A DNA stretch of 50,651 nt. It comes from Trichomonas gallinae (Eukaryota). The DNA is taken from assembly GCA_008369845.1 (NCBI GenBank), contig MRSU01005229.1, positions 1 through 50,651 of the forward strand, given 5' to 3'. A program made the translations under genes and the position numbers. The notes below the pieces were generated by a model. That model ran no database searches. It had not been told where the DNA came from and saw only the letters and a program-made list of their open reading frames with translations. Within the stretch, counting starts at the first letter, position 1. The number at the start of each line of letters is the position of its first letter. Of this stretch, positions 1 to 10,939 are shown in pieces.

Positions 1-3000
1 CTCGGCAACAGCGAGCTGCTTCTCGAGCTCTTCTGACATGTCCTCGATGACTGGAAGCTCATCGAGAGCACGTTCCTTAACGGAGAGTTGTTCTTCGAGA
101 TCCTTGTTCTTCTGTTCTGTTTCTGCATTCTTCTGTTCTTTCTCTTCGATCTCCTTGTTCATCTCGTCGATTGCCTGCTGAAGGAATTCTGACTTGTCTT
201 CGACTGTTGGAAGTTCATTGAGTTCGTCTTCCTTCTTCTGTAAGGCGTCTTCGAGTTCCTTATTCTTAGCATCCTTCTCAGCGTTCTGCTTGTTCTTTTC
301 TGCGATGGCATCAGCGAGTGCTTGGAGCTTCTTCTGGAGTTCCTCTGAGAGATCGACAATGTCCTCAATAGCATTGAGTTCGTCTTCGAGCTTCTTGACG
401 TCTTCGGAGAGGGAATCGTTCTTTGCCTGTTTCTCTTCGTTCTGAGCCTGCTTCTCCTTGATCTGGTCTTCGAGCTGCTGCTTCTTTTCAGCAATCTCTC
501 CCGCCATCTTGGCGTTCTTCTCCTCGTTCTCGGCGTTCTGCTTCTCTTTGTCAGCAATCCGAGAGTTGATTTCGTTGAGCTTCTTCTTGTATTCGTCTGA
601 TTTGTCTTCGACTTCTGGAATAGAGTTGAGTTTGTCTTCTGAGTTGCCGATTTCTTCGGCTAATTTCTTGTTCTTGGTGTTGATCTCGTCGTTCTTCTTA
701 TTCTTCTGTTTGATCTGGTCCTGTAGCTCTGCGAGCTTAGAGCTAAGGAGGTCGCTGAGATCTTCGACAGGAACAATGGCGTCGAGTTTGTCGTGTGCGG
801 CGTTGATTTCGTCTTGGAGCTGTTCGTTCTTCTTTGTGATTTCTTCGTTCTGTTTGTTTCTCTCTGCAATTTGCGAGAGAAGCTTGCCAAGGATCTCGGA
901 AAGCTCTGGAGCGTTGTCTTCTGGGTTTTCGATGGCGTCGAGCTCCTTTTGAGCGGCCGCAATCTTGGCGCGGAGCTTCTGGTTCTGCTGGTCGACGTAG
1001 TTGTTGTGTGTTGTTCTTCCGGAGATTCTTCCACGGATTTGGTTGAGTTTAGTCGATAATTCTTCTGTTTCGTCTGGGACATCTGGGATTGAATCAAGTT
1101 CGACCTGTTTCTTCTGTAATCTGTCAGCGAGCTGTTCATTGTTCTTTGTAATCTTGTCGTTCTTGGCCTTCTTTTCTTCAATCTTCTTATTAAGAGCTTC
1201 GATTGCAGCATTCATGACATCAGAGTTGTCTCTAACGTCTGGTATTGCTGCGAGTGTAGATTCTGCCTCAGACTTCTTGCCGTTAAGTTCGATAAGCTTT
1301 TCTTGTAATTTTTCGTTATCGTTCTTCTTTTGTTCGACGAGCTTCTTGAGCTCTTCTACCTGGTTCTTGAGGTCTTCTTCAGCTCCTGGAAGGATTTCGT
1401 TGTTGAGTTTTTCGAGTTGATCTTGAAGAGCCTTTTGTTCATCGGCAAGTGCCTGGTTTTCGCGCTCAATCTTGTCCTTTTGTGACTGGTGGTCCTCAGA
1501 CAATTGTTTGAGCTGATCCTTGAGATTTTCAATCTCTTGTGTAAGATTATCCTTCTTATCTTCGGATTGTTTGAGTTCGTTGTCCTTTTGCTTGCGTAAA
1601 TCATCGACTTGTTTCTTGAGTTGTGCGACTTCGTCCTCAAGCTTCTTGATTTCTTCACTTTGAGAATTATCAATTGCTTGAACTGAATCGAGGTCTTTGT
1701 TGATATTTTCTTTCTCCTCTTCGAGCTTGGCTAACTCTGCCTTCTTCTCGTCGAGGTTATCCTTAATATCGTTGTATTTCTGTGTATTTTGTTCATTTTG
1801 TGCCTTTGTGGCTTCGATTTGTTCGTTGAGTTTCTGTATTTCTGATTCGTTATCTTTGAGCTTGTTAACGTTTTCATCGTTAATTTTCTGTTCATCGTTT
1901 TGTAATTTAGCGATTTCGGCGCGAAGGTCCCTTAGAACCTTCATCTGCTCATTAAGGGCCGATTCGTTGGACTTATTGGTGTCTTCGATCTCCTTTTCAA
2001 GCTCAGCCTTCTTCTTGCGAAGTTCTGCGAGCTCTTTTTCGAGTTCTTCAACATCATCATAGGGAATAGCGTTCTTTTCTTCGATGAGCCTTGCAATTTC
2101 GGCCTTAAGAGCCTCGATATCTGCCTGTAATTCAGCAACTTTCTCGTCGTGCTGTGTTTTAGCCTGTTGAAGATCTTTATCTGCTTCAACGAGCTGGTTC
2201 TGTAATTCTTGTTGTTGTTTCTTGACATCATCGAGCTTGCTTGATACATCCTTTTCTTGTGTATCGAGGTCCTGCTTTTCTTTTTCGAGGTTCGCAAGTT
2301 GATCCTGGAGTTCTTTGATAGCCTTGTTGTGGGCTTCCTGTTCCTCGTTGATTTGGTCGCGAAGCTTGGCGATTTCTTGTTTCTTGTCGACGATTTGTTT
2401 CTTGAGATCATCAAGTTCGGCTTGCTGCTTGGCTGATGTGGTCTTAGCAGCCTTGTTAAGCTTGGCTTGGTATTGCTGGGCCATTTCGAGTTTGTTCTTA
2501 AGTTCTGCAAGTCTCTGTGCGTCTGTTGGTTGTGGCTGAGATTGTGCTCGTTCAAGTTCCTTATTTTCTTTCTCAACTTGGGCGAGCTGGTTCGAAACAT
2601 CAATAAGTTCGTTCTTTGTCTCCTCGGCCTCCGCGGAAAGTTGCTTTCTCCTTTCTTGTAATGCATCTCGCTCCTTAGACAATTTGAGGCGGTCAGCTGC
2701 GATCGTCTGCTTTGTCTGATCTAACTTAATTTGAGCTGCATCTGTTCTTTCACGCATGGCGTCGAGTTTCTCCTTAAGCTTGTTAATCTTCGGCAAGTTC
2801 TCGTTTTCGAATTTAGCGTTTTCGGCTTCTAACTCGTCATTACGCTGCTGTAATTTTTCAATCTGATCGAGTAGTTGCTTTTCTCCATCTGGCGAATTGC
2901 GACGCTTATCTAGTTCTGCTTGATTCTTCGAGATTGAATCTGTAAGAGCTTTAAGCTTGTCTTTGAGATCGGTGACGTTTGCACCGGCAAGCTCTGATTC

Positions 3001-3732
3001 CTGGCGCGATAACGTATTCTTCGCGTCCTCGATCTGTTTTTCTAAAGCAGACCTTGGAATATCAGAGTCATTAAAGCCACTGATTGTATCGCCAACAGAA
3101 AGATGAGATTGCTCTTGGAGATTTGAAATTTGTTGATCTCTATCTGCAAGGAGGCTTAATAAATTCTTGATTTGAAGATCCTTGCGAGCATTATCTTTAT
3201 GAAGCTCTTTAATCATCTCATTGGCCTTGTCAACTTGTTCTTGAATTTGCTTTGAGGCCTCTTGGTTAAGAGCAGATGTTGATCCTTTTTCTTCTGCAGC
3301 TTGCTTATCCTTCTGAAGTTGCATAATTTCTCTCTTCTGTTTATTAATTGTGCGCATCATCTTTCTTATCTTTTGGGTCAAAAGTAGGGAATCTTCTGAA
3401 TCTTCTCCAGGTTCTTGAGCCATAGACCCTGCAGAATCCTCATTAGCAGCTAATTGATTCCTTAATTCTTCTAACTGTCTCAATAATTCTTTCTTTTGGT
3501 TTTCTAGTTCAATAACACGCTGGTTTGTATTTTTAAGATCATTCAGTGCAGTTGTAGCACGTGCTTGAGCTTTAGAAAGAGACTGTGTAAGTTGTTTATT
3601 AACTTCTAATAAATTATGTCGATTTTTCATGAGTGATAAACATATTTCTTGTAGTTTCTTAGCATTAGATATAGAGCGGATGGAATCTGGTGTAATCACG
3701 GTTTTATCACCAATCATACTCGGTGAATCCAT
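1..3732 (-). CDS. Giant coiled-coil protein (>1244 aa, 3' partial) with a 52-aa periodic repeat; of the kind usually annotated 'viral A-type inclusion protein-like'
   Basis: Not in the ORF track because there is no stop in the window. Read manually from ATG at 3732: MDSPSMIGDKTVITPDSIRSISNAKKLQEICLSLMKNRHNLLEVNKQLTQ..., and the same frame at position 1 reads ...ELPVIEDMSEELEKQLAVAE. E/K/Q/L-rich heptads throughout. The many short ORFs listed over 159-2666 are shadows of this gene. Confidence 0.92.
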   Translation of the reverse strand, partial: MDSPSMIGDKTVITPDSIRSISNAKKLQEICLSLMKNRHNLLEVNKQLTQSLSKAQARATTALNDLKNTNQRVIELENQKKELLRQLEELRNQLAANEDSAGSMAQEPGEDSEDSLLLTQKIRKMMRTINKQKREIMQLQKDKQAAEEKGSTSALNQEASKQIQEQVDKANEMIKELHKDNARKDLQIKNLLSLLADRDQQISNLQEQSHLSVGDTISGFNDSDIPRSALEKQIEDAKNTLSRQESELAGANVTDLKDKLKALTDSISKNQAELDKRRNSPDGEKQLLDQIEKLQQRNDELEAENAKFENENLPKINKLKEKLDAMRERTDAAQIKLDQTKQTIAADRLKLSKERDALQERRKQLSAEAEETKNELIDVSNQLAQVEKENKELERAQSQPQPTDAQRLAELKNKLEMAQQYQAKLNKAAKTTSAKQQAELDDLKKQIVDKKQEIAKLRDQINEEQEAHNKAIKELQDQLANLEKEKQDLDTQEKDVSSKLDDVKKQQQELQNQLVEADKDLQQAKTQHDEKVAELQADIEALKAEIARLIEEKNAIPYDDVEELEKELAELRKKKAELEKEIEDTNKSNESALNEQMKVLRDLRAEIAKLQNDEQKINDENVNKLKDNESEIQKLNEQIEATKAQNEQNTQKYNDIKDNLDEKKAELAKLEEEKENINKDLDSVQAIDNSQSEEIKKLEDEVAQLKKQVDDLRKQKDNELKQSEDKKDNLTQEIENLKDQLKQLSEDHQSQKDKIERENQALADEQKALQDQLEKLNNEILPGAEEDLKNQVEELKKLVEQKKNDNEKLQEKLIELNGKKSEAESTLAAIPDVRDNSDVMNAAIEALNKKIEEKKAKNDKITKNNEQLADRLQKKQVELDSIPDVPDETEELSTKLNQIRGRISGRTTHNNYVDQQNQKLRAKIAAAQKELDAIENPEDNAPELSEILGKLLSQIAERNKQNEEITKKNEQLQDEINAAHDKLDAIVPVEDLSDLLSSKLAELQDQIKQKNKKNDEINTKNKKLAEEIGNSEDKLNSIPEVEDKSDEYKKKLNEINSRIADKEKQNAENEEKNAKMAGEIAEKKQQLEDQIKEKQAQNEEKQAKNDSLSEDVKKLEDELNAIEDIVDLSEELQKKLQALADAIAEKNKQNAEKDAKNKELEDALQKKEDELNELPTVEDKSEFLQQAIDEMNKEIEEKEQKNAETEQKNKDLEEQLSVKERALDELPVIEDMSEELEKQLAVAE

Positions 3733-5292
3733 TGATTACAAGAAGCACCAATCCACGGGAATAGTCATAGGTTCTCAAAAATTGAGAACTTGACGTTTTT
3801 ACATGAAATACTTATAACGATATATATAATATTATTCAACTTTAAACATACGATAATATTTTTGTGAAGAAATAAATTATTCAATTTTCTTTTATTTGGT
3901 CAATGTTGTTTTTTACGTCTTTTTCTTGTGTTTTCGAACACACTCGTGATTATATACCTGTTTTGTTAATATCAAAATTTCTTATGTCCTTTCGAATAAA
4001 ATGGCGGGATTTATTTGGCGGTTATTTTTCACTTCATTTACAATTTAAAAAGCTGAAAATAAGCTGTCCATGTTGTACAAATTTAATTTGTTTACAAAGT
4101 AAGAGATATAAAATGGACCAAAAATTTCTTCGAAATTGATGATAAATATTGATGCATGTTCCTGGATGAGATTCAAAGTAGCGATTATTTGACTGACCTC
4201 ATTTTATACAAAAAATCTGATTGTTTGGTTTTATCGAATGATATACGCCGATCGAACAGGGAATGGATATGAGTGATTCCCATGCTGTATTTTGTATGAA
4301 ATCCATAGATCTTCTAATTTGTATTAAATTGAGCATAACTTTCAAATTTGTCATCTCATTTTTTACCCGCGAAAAGACAAATTTGATAATATACTGCGTT
4401 GCAACCAAAACTTGCTCGTATTACACATTGTCGGACTGATGGCTGGATTTGACAAGCAATAAGAGATTGATCAAGATTTTTTGATCTTATCTATTGATTT
4501 ATTTAGCATGTTCAAGTTCACATTGTACATGCATTGGGTCTAAAAGTGTGCAAACTGATAGTTATACCTTTGAAATTTTGTAGAACTTCTGTTTCTGTGA
4601 TTTCTTATTGTAAGTCGCATATTTTATCGGCTTTTAATCCATATACGTGTCAGCATCAGCATTTTTGAATGGTATCCTTGCCAATAAAATATTCCTTCTG
4701 GCTTTTACTGCTCAAAATAATCCTTATCAAAAAAATTATGACTGGTATATCATATGAGTGTTAATGTATTATGATTCTTTTAAAGCAATATATCCCAAAA
4801 TTTATAGTTATTCTAAACACCGATTTATTTTTCACTCCAATAACAATTTTATAGCTCAAAAAATAAATAAAAGCGAACATTTACGGTATAAAATTGTTAC
4901 GATTATATTATACATTCGAATGCCTTAATTTAATATTCGAATAATTTCGAATTTTATTGCATTTTCAATATTTTTGATAAATTTTGATGATATAATTTGT
5001 AGATAATGAAAAATAGTAGACTAACAAATAAGAGAGCCTGCTTATGAATTCATATCAAGCAGTCCTTAATCGAACGAATTTCATTGTAAATTTAAGGTTT
5101 TTACGACATAATTATATCTCTTTCAATATTCTCTGCTGAACCATGCCGCATGATTTCATCGTTCCCTGATACAACATGATTATATTGAATATTCAATAAA
5201 GAATTGTCTTACGAGCTAAAATTAGGCGAGATATGTTTGTAAACTCCAAAAAAATATTAGAATTAATACATACGCAATATTTACAAACAAAA

Positions 5293-5784
5293 CTAATTAA
5301 ATATTGGTAGCTTCGACTTCGAAATAAATACTTCTTCGTACTTATTATATTCTTCCTTCGTAATGACCAAAGAAAACTCTATTAAGAAAAGAAATTCTAG
5401 CTCCAAAATGTTGAGTTCACTCACTGGAACTCCACCAATGATAGCCCAGTCAATATTTGTCATTCCACGGTCTGAAAGGAATTTTGATGCAATGAGGATG
5501 CTGCATAGGCAAAGCTTATGCACATTAAATGGTGTGATAGATATTTGAGGCTGTTTCATTAATAATCTATCAAGTAAGATAAATGCTGATAAATAGCATG
5601 TTCTAGTCTCATGAGACTTCTTATAAAGTGAAATAAGATAGTCTGCAATGGATATTTTTGGAGGATTTAAAGTGTTAAATCTTGTGAGATACGGATTCGA
5701 GAATATAAGCAAGTTGTTCCTTATGGACGCCTCCTGCAATGAAAATGCAATTGTCTTCAACATAGCTTCATTGTTGAGTGCCAT
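5293..5784 (-). CDS. Cyclin, PHO80/cyclin-U (P-type) family
   Basis: PPKISIADYL...CYLSAFILLDRLL...ITPFNVHKLCLCSILIASKFLSD...WAIIGGVPVSELNILELEFLFLIEFSL is a PHO80-type cyclin box. First ATG at 5784; the track start at 5799 is TTG. Confidence 0.9.
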   Translation of the reverse strand: MALNNEAMLKTIAFSLQEASIRNNLLIFSNPYLTRFNTLNPPKISIADYLISLYKKSHETRTCYLSAFILLDRLLMKQPQISITPFNVHKLCLCSILIASKFLSDRGMTNIDWAIIGGVPVSELNILELEFLFLIEFSLVITKEEYNKYEEVFISKSKLPIFN

Positions 5785-6823
5785 TTTCCTGATTTCCAAT
5801 CAAGAAAAATAAATAAAATTTACGTGACCAATCGAGTTATCAAAAAATAATACATTCAATTTTGATTTTTTATTAATATATATAGCTATACCTTCTAGAG
5901 AAAATTTTATTTCTGTTTACAGAAAATCATGCTGCAATTTTTCAGTTTAAAATATTCTTATAGATGTATGCTTTAAAATGAAAATCTATGTTGTCTCAAA
6001 AATTAAATGTAGCTTTCAAAAATTGACAATTAATTTTTTTCTGTGAATTTTTTCTGATGTTATTAGGTCTATGTATTGCAGATGAGATTTAGTGCATATA
6101 AGGTTTCTTGCTATCCTGAAACTATACAGTTTTAAAATCTACTTTTTCAGTACATAAGAAATCGTTATTGTTTACTCATTCTCGTGCATGGTCCTTAATT
6201 TGGACTTGCTGAATCTATTTGCACAAAATTTCAAATAAACACATGATTGTGCTATCGTTTTTTCTAATCATTCCTTTTTGGAAAAGATAATCTTGCATAC
6301 GACCATAAGAATAAAACATCTTAAACATTGATTTTTCTGCTATTACATGATATTTCGTTTACGGTTGCATAGCGTATTTTGCTAATATCGACCAGAAAAA
6401 CACATAAATTGGTTATACAAACCCTTATTTTTGCATTAGTTCAAAGACCATATTTTTATTTTTTTTCAAACATCCGGTTTTGTACATTTTGAATGAAGAA
6501 ATAACATCTTTAGAACACTGAAATATTATATATCATAATGTTTATTAAAAAAATCAATGATTTCAAATTCTTTGACGTAAAGATGGTAAATATACTGATT
6601 AATCGAATCTATTTCGGTATATCATTACATGCTTTCAAAGTGAAACTTATTCTTGTACCAAAGTGAGTTAGATAATGTTTTGTTCTTTGTTGAATAAGGC
6701 AAAGTCAAATATAAATGCATAGAAGCTGGTTTCGTGTTTTTGAATATACAATTCTATTAGGTGCAGATTTCAGAGACTTGTTATCAGCAAAATTGTTATC
6801 TAACTGATTATCAGGATATTATA

Positions 6824-7069
6824 TCACAAACAAATTACATCTGATGTACTTGAAGTTGATGAAGATGATTGTGTCTCTGCCAAGTTTTCAATATCGCAGC
6901 ATAATTCTTTAATACGATTAATCGATTTATGAATATCATCTACAACATCTCTAATATCTCCCCTTCCACCTTTGCTAATTTCCAGTAAGTCATTGGATTC
7001 TATTTTTGATAACTCGTATGCGTAATTGTCTATATTTGTTTTCGATGAGAATAGAGGCACGCCTCTCAT
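6824..7069 (-). CDS. Small hypothetical protein (81 aa), possibly a fragment
   Basis: Protein-like composition with a helical segment (DIRDVVDDIHKSINRIKELCCDIENLAE). The nearest TCACT initiator (7106-7110) is followed first by an out-of-frame ATG at 7098. Confidence 0.35.
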   Translation of the reverse strand: MRGVPLFSSKTNIDNYAYELSKIESNDLLEISKGGRGDIRDVVDDIHKSINRIKELCCDIENLAETQSSSSTSSTSDVICL

Positions 7070-7254
7070 CCAAAAATTATGACAAACGGTAATCTCATAT
7101 TGCAGAGTGAGATATACAAAAAGTAATATTCAACATATATGTTATACAAGACCAAAATAAAATTAGATAAAGAATATGTCATCCAATATATAGAAAAAAC
7201 TTAGTTTATTAATAATAAAAAGGGGTATATAAATGATTGATCGCATCAATTCAA

Positions 7255-8112
7255 TCATTGGTAAAATGAAGATTCATCAGTTTGCGTAGCCATATCTTTA
7301 ACATAAACTTTCTTAGGAATAATATATTTCTCCTTTTGTTCGAGTTTCTCTCTTTGTTTAAGGAGTTTTTCATATTCATCTCTGCTTCCATGCATCCATT
7401 GATTAAGTGCTTTAATCATATCAATGAAAGTTACTATGTATTGGGAAATCATCATCACACCAAGCATCATAAGCCATTTCTCTCTTAAAGTGAATCCACC
7501 AAATTGATAATTTTGAACACCCCAGAATAATCCTGTATTTACAATAAGTGTGCCAATGCCAGCAAATCTGATGGTATCAGTGAAGTTCAATAAGTTCAGA
7601 ATAACGATGATGTAGATTTCAAGGTTTGTCAATACTGAAGCTTCGTACCATTTGAGTCTGTTTCTATAGCATATAGCAAGTAATCTTCCCTGGTTAATAG
7701 CTTGAGCTGGAATGAAAACTATCGCAAGTGGTAATAAAAGCCTATAAACGAGGCTGTATGGGGTGAAAAACATCAAAAGAGCTACAGCACCAAATATTTG
7801 TGCTTGTCTGATATCTGTGGTAAATGGTAATTGTTGATGCTTATAATATGCAAGTGCGGATCTACTTCCAAATACGCATATGAACGCAATTAATGTCATT
7901 AGGATTTTAGAAAAGAATGTATTCTTCCTATTCCTTCGTGCAAATCTGATTGCAAAGCAGCACCAAATGGTATGTAAGCCTAATGGGAAGGGCGTGTATG
8001 GATATTTGTTAATCTTGTCGTAGAGTTGATCTGCACCTCCATGGGTGAAGAATGTAGTTAATTGCTGCAGGTAGCCAAGATATTTATTCACAATGGTATC
8101 GACGAAATTCAT
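7255..8112 (-). CDS. Multi-pass membrane protein resembling TRIC/TMEM38 trimeric intracellular cation channels
   Basis: About 6-7 hydrophobic segments. YPYTPFPLGLHTIWCCFAIR, FICVFGSRSALAY and ALLMFFTPYSLVYRL parallel the N-terminal half of TMEM38; charged C-terminal tail. Confidence 0.6.
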   Translation of the reverse strand: MNFVDTIVNKYLGYLQQLTTFFTHGGADQLYDKINKYPYTPFPLGLHTIWCCFAIRFARRNRKNTFFSKILMTLIAFICVFGSRSALAYYKHQQLPFTTDIRQAQIFGAVALLMFFTPYSLVYRLLLPLAIVFIPAQAINQGRLLAICYRNRLKWYEASVLTNLEIYIIVILNLLNFTDTIRFAGIGTLIVNTGLFWGVQNYQFGGFTLREKWLMMLGVMMISQYIVTFIDMIKALNQWMHGSRDEYEKLLKQREKLEQKEKYIIPKKVYVKDMATQTDESSFYQ

Positions 8113-9556
8113 TGCAAATTAAATTAACCTTATTTAATTGGATGCATGTTCACTCAGCATCACTTATTTTTTGACTCACTAATTAACCACCCAACTTGTC
8201 TATGATGTAACAATAGCTGTTTGGAGACTTTATATTCAAAAAAATATTTGAGGAATCTCAAATTAGGATTTTGAAGCTTATAGATGGTATTTTCTATCAT
8301 TAATCCTCCTTCTCATATTATATCACAAGTATAAAGTGTTTAATACTTTATTTTCATGAACGATAATATTCAATCTTATAGTTTCAAGATTTCTCTTTAT
8401 TGACATCAGGCTGCAATCATGAATATTAGATTGAATTTTAAGCCTCAAGACTAGTAATATGTAAGTGATTTCTGAAATTCGATCAAATATTTGAAGCGCT
8501 CCACTGTTATGCGGAATACTGTGTGTAATGTAATATAACCACAACCACACACAAAAAAATGCGAAATATAAGCAAAAAATATGATATCAAGCAAATTTTG
8601 ATAAATTAATGCAGTTATCCATAATCGGATGCCAAGATTCATAAAACACATTCATATCTTAGTATATTCTTTAATGATCTTCAATGAGAAACGTAGATAT
8701 AATATTCAACATATAATAAACCATATCCTAGTTCGTGCTATCGTAAACGAGCATGTTTTCTATATCGAACTAGGGGAGAATTGGATATTATTATGTGTCA
8801 ACTGAAAACCTTGCTACACCCATTGAAGAATGTGATGTCAAAATCAGCACGTATAAAAATGCTGAGACTAATATTGAAATGATCAGTATCAATACATAAA
8901 CATATTTGTCGCTGCCCGATCTATGCAGTATTTTACACCAAAATATTTGATGATAAAGTGATTATGCTAGTTTATGGTCAAATACTCATAGAAGCGAAAG
9001 AACATGACTAGAATCGCATGCACAACCCCGATTACACTCATTTTCACGAGGAAACAAAAGAATTGAAAAATATGAGCTATGGTATTAAAAAAGGTTACCA
9101 AATTCGCTTCAGCGCGGAGCTATTTGGCTCATAATGGGTGTATTAAGATGACGCACATCCCGAACTAAAATTTCCAGCATAAGTTCACCTCACATTTGTG
9201 CGGCTACTTATAAATTATCGCATGTAGTACTCTCAGATATGGTATAGATCAGCATAAGACCGATTTTTTAGCCTGAAAAAATCAGCCTGTGAAAAAGCCT
9301 TCTCAAAAAAATCAGACACTCGACCATGTCATTAATATTAATAATCCTGACTTAGTCAAAAAATTAAATTTGAAAAAAAAAATTCTCAGGGCGATTGGCT
9401 TGATTGGTTTTTTGGCTTGTGGGAATTCTATCTGTGTAGGTCACGGAACGTGTGGGAAAACGTGTTAGATAAATAGACTATTTGGAAAAAAAGTGTAAAC
9501 ATTCGTAAATTTTACAAAAAAAATTGAATGCCGATCAAATTTTTTTTCAAAACACT

Positions 9557-9561
9557 TCACT
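9557..9561 (+). promoter_or_regulatory. Initiator (Inr) element TCACT
   Basis: Ends 8 nt before ATG 9570, typical trichomonad Inr spacing. Confidence 0.55.
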
Positions 9562-9569
9562 CAAATCTT

Positions 9570-10286
9570 ATGGAGACTGAACCGACTGATAAAACCCCTA
9601 TGTTCATGAATATTTTATCGGCTGAAGATAAGACAGCTTATGAGGAACTTCAGAACGTTCTTGCTGCCCCTGATCACAGATATAATAGAAATAAGAGGAT
9701 CGTCACCTTTCAGGATATGCTCGCTCAGATCAAAGCGTTCTGTGTTCGAGGAGATTCCAATGATTGGAAGAGATATCTTGTTTGTGGAATATGCTGGATC
9801 GGTGCAGATATTGCAATCAACACAAGACAACTTCGCGTATTGCTTGGCAAAAGTAAATCAACCATCAATGGAGCCTTCTCCAAGATGGGCTACGAAACAC
9901 TACCATTCAAAAACAACGACAGCGCTTTACAAGAGAAAATTCCATTTTTGAAAGGAAACTTTTCAGAAAGTCGTCAATGGACTGTCCGTAGAAATACTCA
10001 AACATCGATGTCAGAACCAGAGAAACTCGATGCTGCTCCTTCACCAGAACCAAAGACTCCAGAACCTACAGAAATTATTAGTTTCCCAGATCAAGAAATT
10101 CCTGTTAGATTTGATGAAAACCCTACAGAATTCTCATACGATATCATTGAGCCAGCATTCCAATTCAATTCAAATGATTACGCAATGGATTCATTAGATG
10201 CTGCCTCTGTAAGACGGGACATGGAAGAATATCCAATTCCTATGCCATATTGGGACCAAAATCCAATTTATGGCAAGTATATGTAG
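9570..10286 (+). CDS. Initiator-binding-domain (IBD, IBP39-like) DNA-binding protein
   Basis: LSAEDKTAYEEL...RNKRIVTFQDMLAQIKAFCVRGDSNDWKRYLVCGICW...IAINTRQLRVLLGKSKSTINGAFSKMGY...RQWTVR is the trichomonad IBD signature. Start placed at ATG 9570 because TCACT (Inr) lies at 9557-9561. Confidence 0.9.
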   Translation: METEPTDKTPMFMNILSAEDKTAYEELQNVLAAPDHRYNRNKRIVTFQDMLAQIKAFCVRGDSNDWKRYLVCGICWIGADIAINTRQLRVLLGKSKSTINGAFSKMGYETLPFKNNDSALQEKIPFLKGNFSESRQWTVRRNTQTSMSEPEKLDAAPSPEPKTPEPTEIISFPDQEIPVRFDENPTEFSYDIIEPAFQFNSNDYAMDSLDAASVRRDMEEYPIPMPYWDQNPIYGKYM

Positions 10287-10939
10287 TCTTTCTTTCTCAA
10301 AAGTCCATCCAAAGGTTGATGGGCTGGCGAATTTTATTCAATGACCTTACAATTTTAAGACATGTATCAATGCGTTTGTTTTTGCAAGCCATGCTGTTAT
10401 ATACCATGAACTTTATTAAAATACTAAGTATTTTATCTGGAAAAGTTCTCGTCTTATATTTTTTGATATCATCTTCTGAATGATAAAGAACTTTAGTGTC
10501 TACACTTAACTTACTCTTATTTCATATTTCATTATACTTCTCTCCGAATTTGGAAAACATGAATAGTTCTTGAAAAATTTTCCAAATATTACCAAAAAAT
10601 TTGGATATTTTTAGATTTTTAGCGATATATGTATAGGGACTCTATTATGGATGTTTTTTGTCTAATTTAAATTTTTGGTATCTTGTGATTATAATAGAAA
10701 ATCAAGGTTTATTCGACAAATTAACCAAATATTTTTTCGAATTTAGAATTTTTTGTCACCTTTTATACACCAGCAGTGAATTGGACTAATATTTATGTGC
10801 AAAAAGTGAAGATAATAGTGCATAGAAAATAAACACGAGAAGAAAATCCTGGAACTTGATTTTTATATTTTATGAAAATTTTGTGAAGATGTACGTTAGT
10901 TCATTAAATCCACAAAAAGTACTTTTATCATCTGAGAAT

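Noticed and set aside
159..2666. Many overlapping S/F/L-rich or R/S-rich ORFs
   Set aside because: Antisense and off-frame shadows of the coiled-coil gene at 1-3732.
3736..3768. In-frame upstream mini-ORF MTIPVDWCFL* before the giant gene
   Set aside because: Trichomonad 5' UTRs are short, so it is probably outside the transcript; no support for read-through.
4140..4740. Slightly GC-richer stretch with a 69-aa ORF
   Set aside because: May be decayed coding sequence, but no recognisable motif and the start is not ATG.
5038..5062. Short hairpin CTGCTT..ATGAATTCAT..AAGCAG
   Set aside because: Too short to exceed chance; bacterial-style terminators are not relevant in this eukaryote.
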